This document shows positions 18,659 to 20,000 of a DNA stretch of 20,000 bases, piece by piece; position 1 is the stretch's first letter, and each line of letters starts with the position of its first letter. This stretch comes from a bacterium. GTDB lineage: Bacteria; CLD3; SB21. Location of the stretch: NCBI GenBank assembly GCA_013360215.1, contig JABWCP010000001.1, positions 325,225 to 345,224 on the forward strand, written 5' to 3'. Both the position numbers and the translations under genes were made by a program. The notes under the pieces were generated by a model that searched no databases, was not told where the DNA came from, and saw only the letters and a list, made by a program, of their open reading frames with translations.

Positions 18659-18674
18659 TTTACTTATAAGTGAA
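18659..18674. promoter_or_regulatory. Palindromic operator overlapping the toxin start codon
   Basis: TTtACTTATAAGTgAA: a perfect 10-bp core ACTTATAAGT (18662-18671) with 7 of 8 symmetric pairs overall. It covers the GTG start at 18670. Confidence 0.55.
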
Positions 18675-19137
18675 TCCAAAGTATAAAATAGAATTATTAG
18701 CCGAAGGCCCAAAAGCACATATCTACACAATTCGCAACTTGGACTCTGAAATATCAGAGTTTGAAAGATTTGCTGATGAAGAAGATGTACGTTATGATCC
18801 CGGTTTTCAGGAAATATTAGCACGCATTGATGATATGGCCAATCGTCTTGGGTGCATTGACTCTTTTTTTCGTAATGAAAGCACACGTGACAATGCGATT
18901 TGTGCACTTTTTGCACCCGACGGAAAATTACGATTATATTGTATCAAAATGCGTTTTACTCTTCTGATCATAGGAGGCGGTGGCATAAAAAACACACGAA
19001 CCTATCAAGAGGATCCTCATTTGGATTCGTGCGTTACATTACTTGAAGACTTTTGGAAGCGTTTTGCACTATACGAGGACAACGGAGAGATAGAAATTAG
19101 CTCCGACGGAAAAATCACAGGAAAGGATAAGATATAG
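18670..19137 (+). CDS. Putative RelE/HigB-like toxin of a toxin-antitoxin-chaperone module
   Basis: 155 aa, upstream of an HTH gene (higBA order). 'ICAL.....KLRLYC.K....LLIIGGGGIK.TRTYQ' recalls the RelE/Gp49-like beta-sheet (R-L-Y ... L-L-x-G-x-x-K). The fold assignment is inferred. Confidence 0.6.
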   Translation: MNPKYKIELLAEGPKAHIYTIRNLDSEISEFERFADEEDVRYDPGFQEILARIDDMANRLGCIDSFFRNESTRDNAICALFAPDGKLRLYCIKMRFTLLIIGGGGIKNTRTYQEDPHLDSCVTLLEDFWKRFALYEDNGEIEISSDGKITGKDKI

Positions 19138-19139
19138 AT

Positions 19140-19565
19140 ATGAGTTCTGTAAAAAATAAATTTCAGGAGCTTTTGAAACAGGTTCCCGATGAAGTGAAGC
19201 TCTATGTGCAAATGCAGGGAGATATAGCCATCCGCGTAGGCGAAATAATCAAAGAAAAACAATGGACTCAAAAGAGTCTGGCCGAAAAAATGGGATGGAA
19301 CGAGTCCCAAGTAACGCGCCTTTTGGCCGGACATGAAAATTTGACGCTAAAGACGATTGCCAAACTATCGGTCGTTTTGGAAGAGAATTTGATACAAACG
19401 CAACCAAGGGTCGTGTACATTCCCCTTTTCCCGTTGGATACACCGGCCAATGCGGCACTAAATCTTGGCGCCCTTCGCGCCGCATCATCCGTAGGCAATT
19501 TTTTTCCTCTTTCAACCAATAAAGTAACCAGTTTTATCAAAACAGAAGCCAAAGCGGTAGCCTAA
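19140..19565 (+). CDS. XRE/Cro HTH antitoxin (HigA-like) with C-terminal extension
   Basis: 'WTQKSLAEKMGWNESQVTRLLAGHENLTLKTIAKL' is a classic XRE HTH, followed by a tail of about 55 aa ending in …EAKAVA. It starts 2 nt after the toxin stop. Confidence 0.85.
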   Translation: MSSVKNKFQELLKQVPDEVKLYVQMQGDIAIRVGEIIKEKQWTQKSLAEKMGWNESQVTRLLAGHENLTLKTIAKLSVVLEENLIQTQPRVVYIPLFPLDTPANAALNLGALRAASSVGNFFPLSTNKVTSFIKTEAKAVA

Positions 19566-19567
19566 TT

Positions 19568-20000
19568 ATGTCTGACTCTATCGAACAAGGTTTGGGACCA
19601 AGTTTCAAACTGACCGGTTTTGTTATAGATTCTTTTTCTTTGGAAAACGAAGCGCGCCACGTAGAAAATATAGACGCCGACATGTTGCTTTACCATCACC
19701 AAGGAAATGCAGAAATCATACCGCCCAAAAAACTTATCCGAATCAAACTTTCGGTAACGGCGGAGTATGAAGGGAAAACATTAGGAAAAATCGTGACGCA
19801 AACAGAATTTGAAATCATCAATTTTGAAATTTTCATCAACAACGAAATTTTAAATATCCCAGGAGAGCTCATGTCTATGCTCGTCGGGTTGGCATACTCT
19901 ACTACGCGTGGCGCACTTATCGCAAAAAGCGAAGGTACGGTTTTAGCAAAATTTCCCATGCCGGTTGTTTCGCCCTCTCGTCTCATCGGCATTGCACCGA
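19568..20000 (+). CDS. SecB-like chaperone, 3'-truncated by the window edge (absent from the ORF track)
   Basis: ATG 2 nt after the antitoxin stop, open to the window end (144 codons): MSDSIEQGLGPSFKLTGFVIDSFSLE…LIRIKLSVTAEY…GKIVTQTEFEI…IPGELMSMLVGLAYSTTRGALIAKSEGTVLAKFPMPVVSP. Beta strands followed by a helix 'AYSTTRG' and 'P.PVV.P' parallel the SecB C-terminal 'FPYAR…L.PVNF' pattern. Confidence 0.72.
   Translation, partial: MSDSIEQGLGPSFKLTGFVIDSFSLENEARHVENIDADMLLYHHQGNAEIIPPKKLIRIKLSVTAEYEGKTLGKIVTQTEFEIINFEIFINNEILNIPGELMSMLVGLAYSTTRGALIAKSEGTVLAKFPMPVVSPSRLIGIAP

Noticed and set aside
18590-18916. 108-aa minus-strand ORF that could feed the minus-strand RNA region
   Set aside because: It mostly overlaps the toxin gene in antisense and has no recognisable features.
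19696-19992. 98-aa minus-strand ORF in the track
   Set aside because: It is antisense to the better-supported SecB-like ORF (19568 to the window end), which the track omitted because it has no stop codon in the window.

Overview
Bacterial window, probably from a diderm (TonB-dependent receptor, lipoproteins), with three blocks. (1) 1-9429 is a cell-envelope glycan/lipid block: an HTTM-like membrane protein, DUF3047, four GT4 glycosyltransferases, a DxD (GT-A-like) orphan, a Wzx flippase and a PAP2 phosphatase. (2) 9765-14572 is an organophosphate-scavenging operon: TonB-dependent receptor, beta-propeller phytase-like lipoprotein and purple-acid/TRAP-type metallophosphatase. Similar 11-bp-periodic Pho-box-like repeats lie upstream of this operon and of the glycolipid-synthase-like GT4 at 6461. 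(3) 14667-20000 is a defence island. It holds a single-chain type IIG-like restriction-modification enzyme with a low-GC, apparently swapped specificity segment. Next is a DUF3800 gene facing a convergent, minus-strand structured RNA candidate (two tandem G-U-rich hairpin repeats plus a terminator). Last is a toxin / HTH antitoxin with C-terminal tail / SecB-like chaperone triad (TAC-like), whose third gene is missing from the supplied ORF track. The DUF3800 + repeat RNA unit is the best candidate for an uncharacterised system. All family assignments come from motif recognition by eye, not from database searches.
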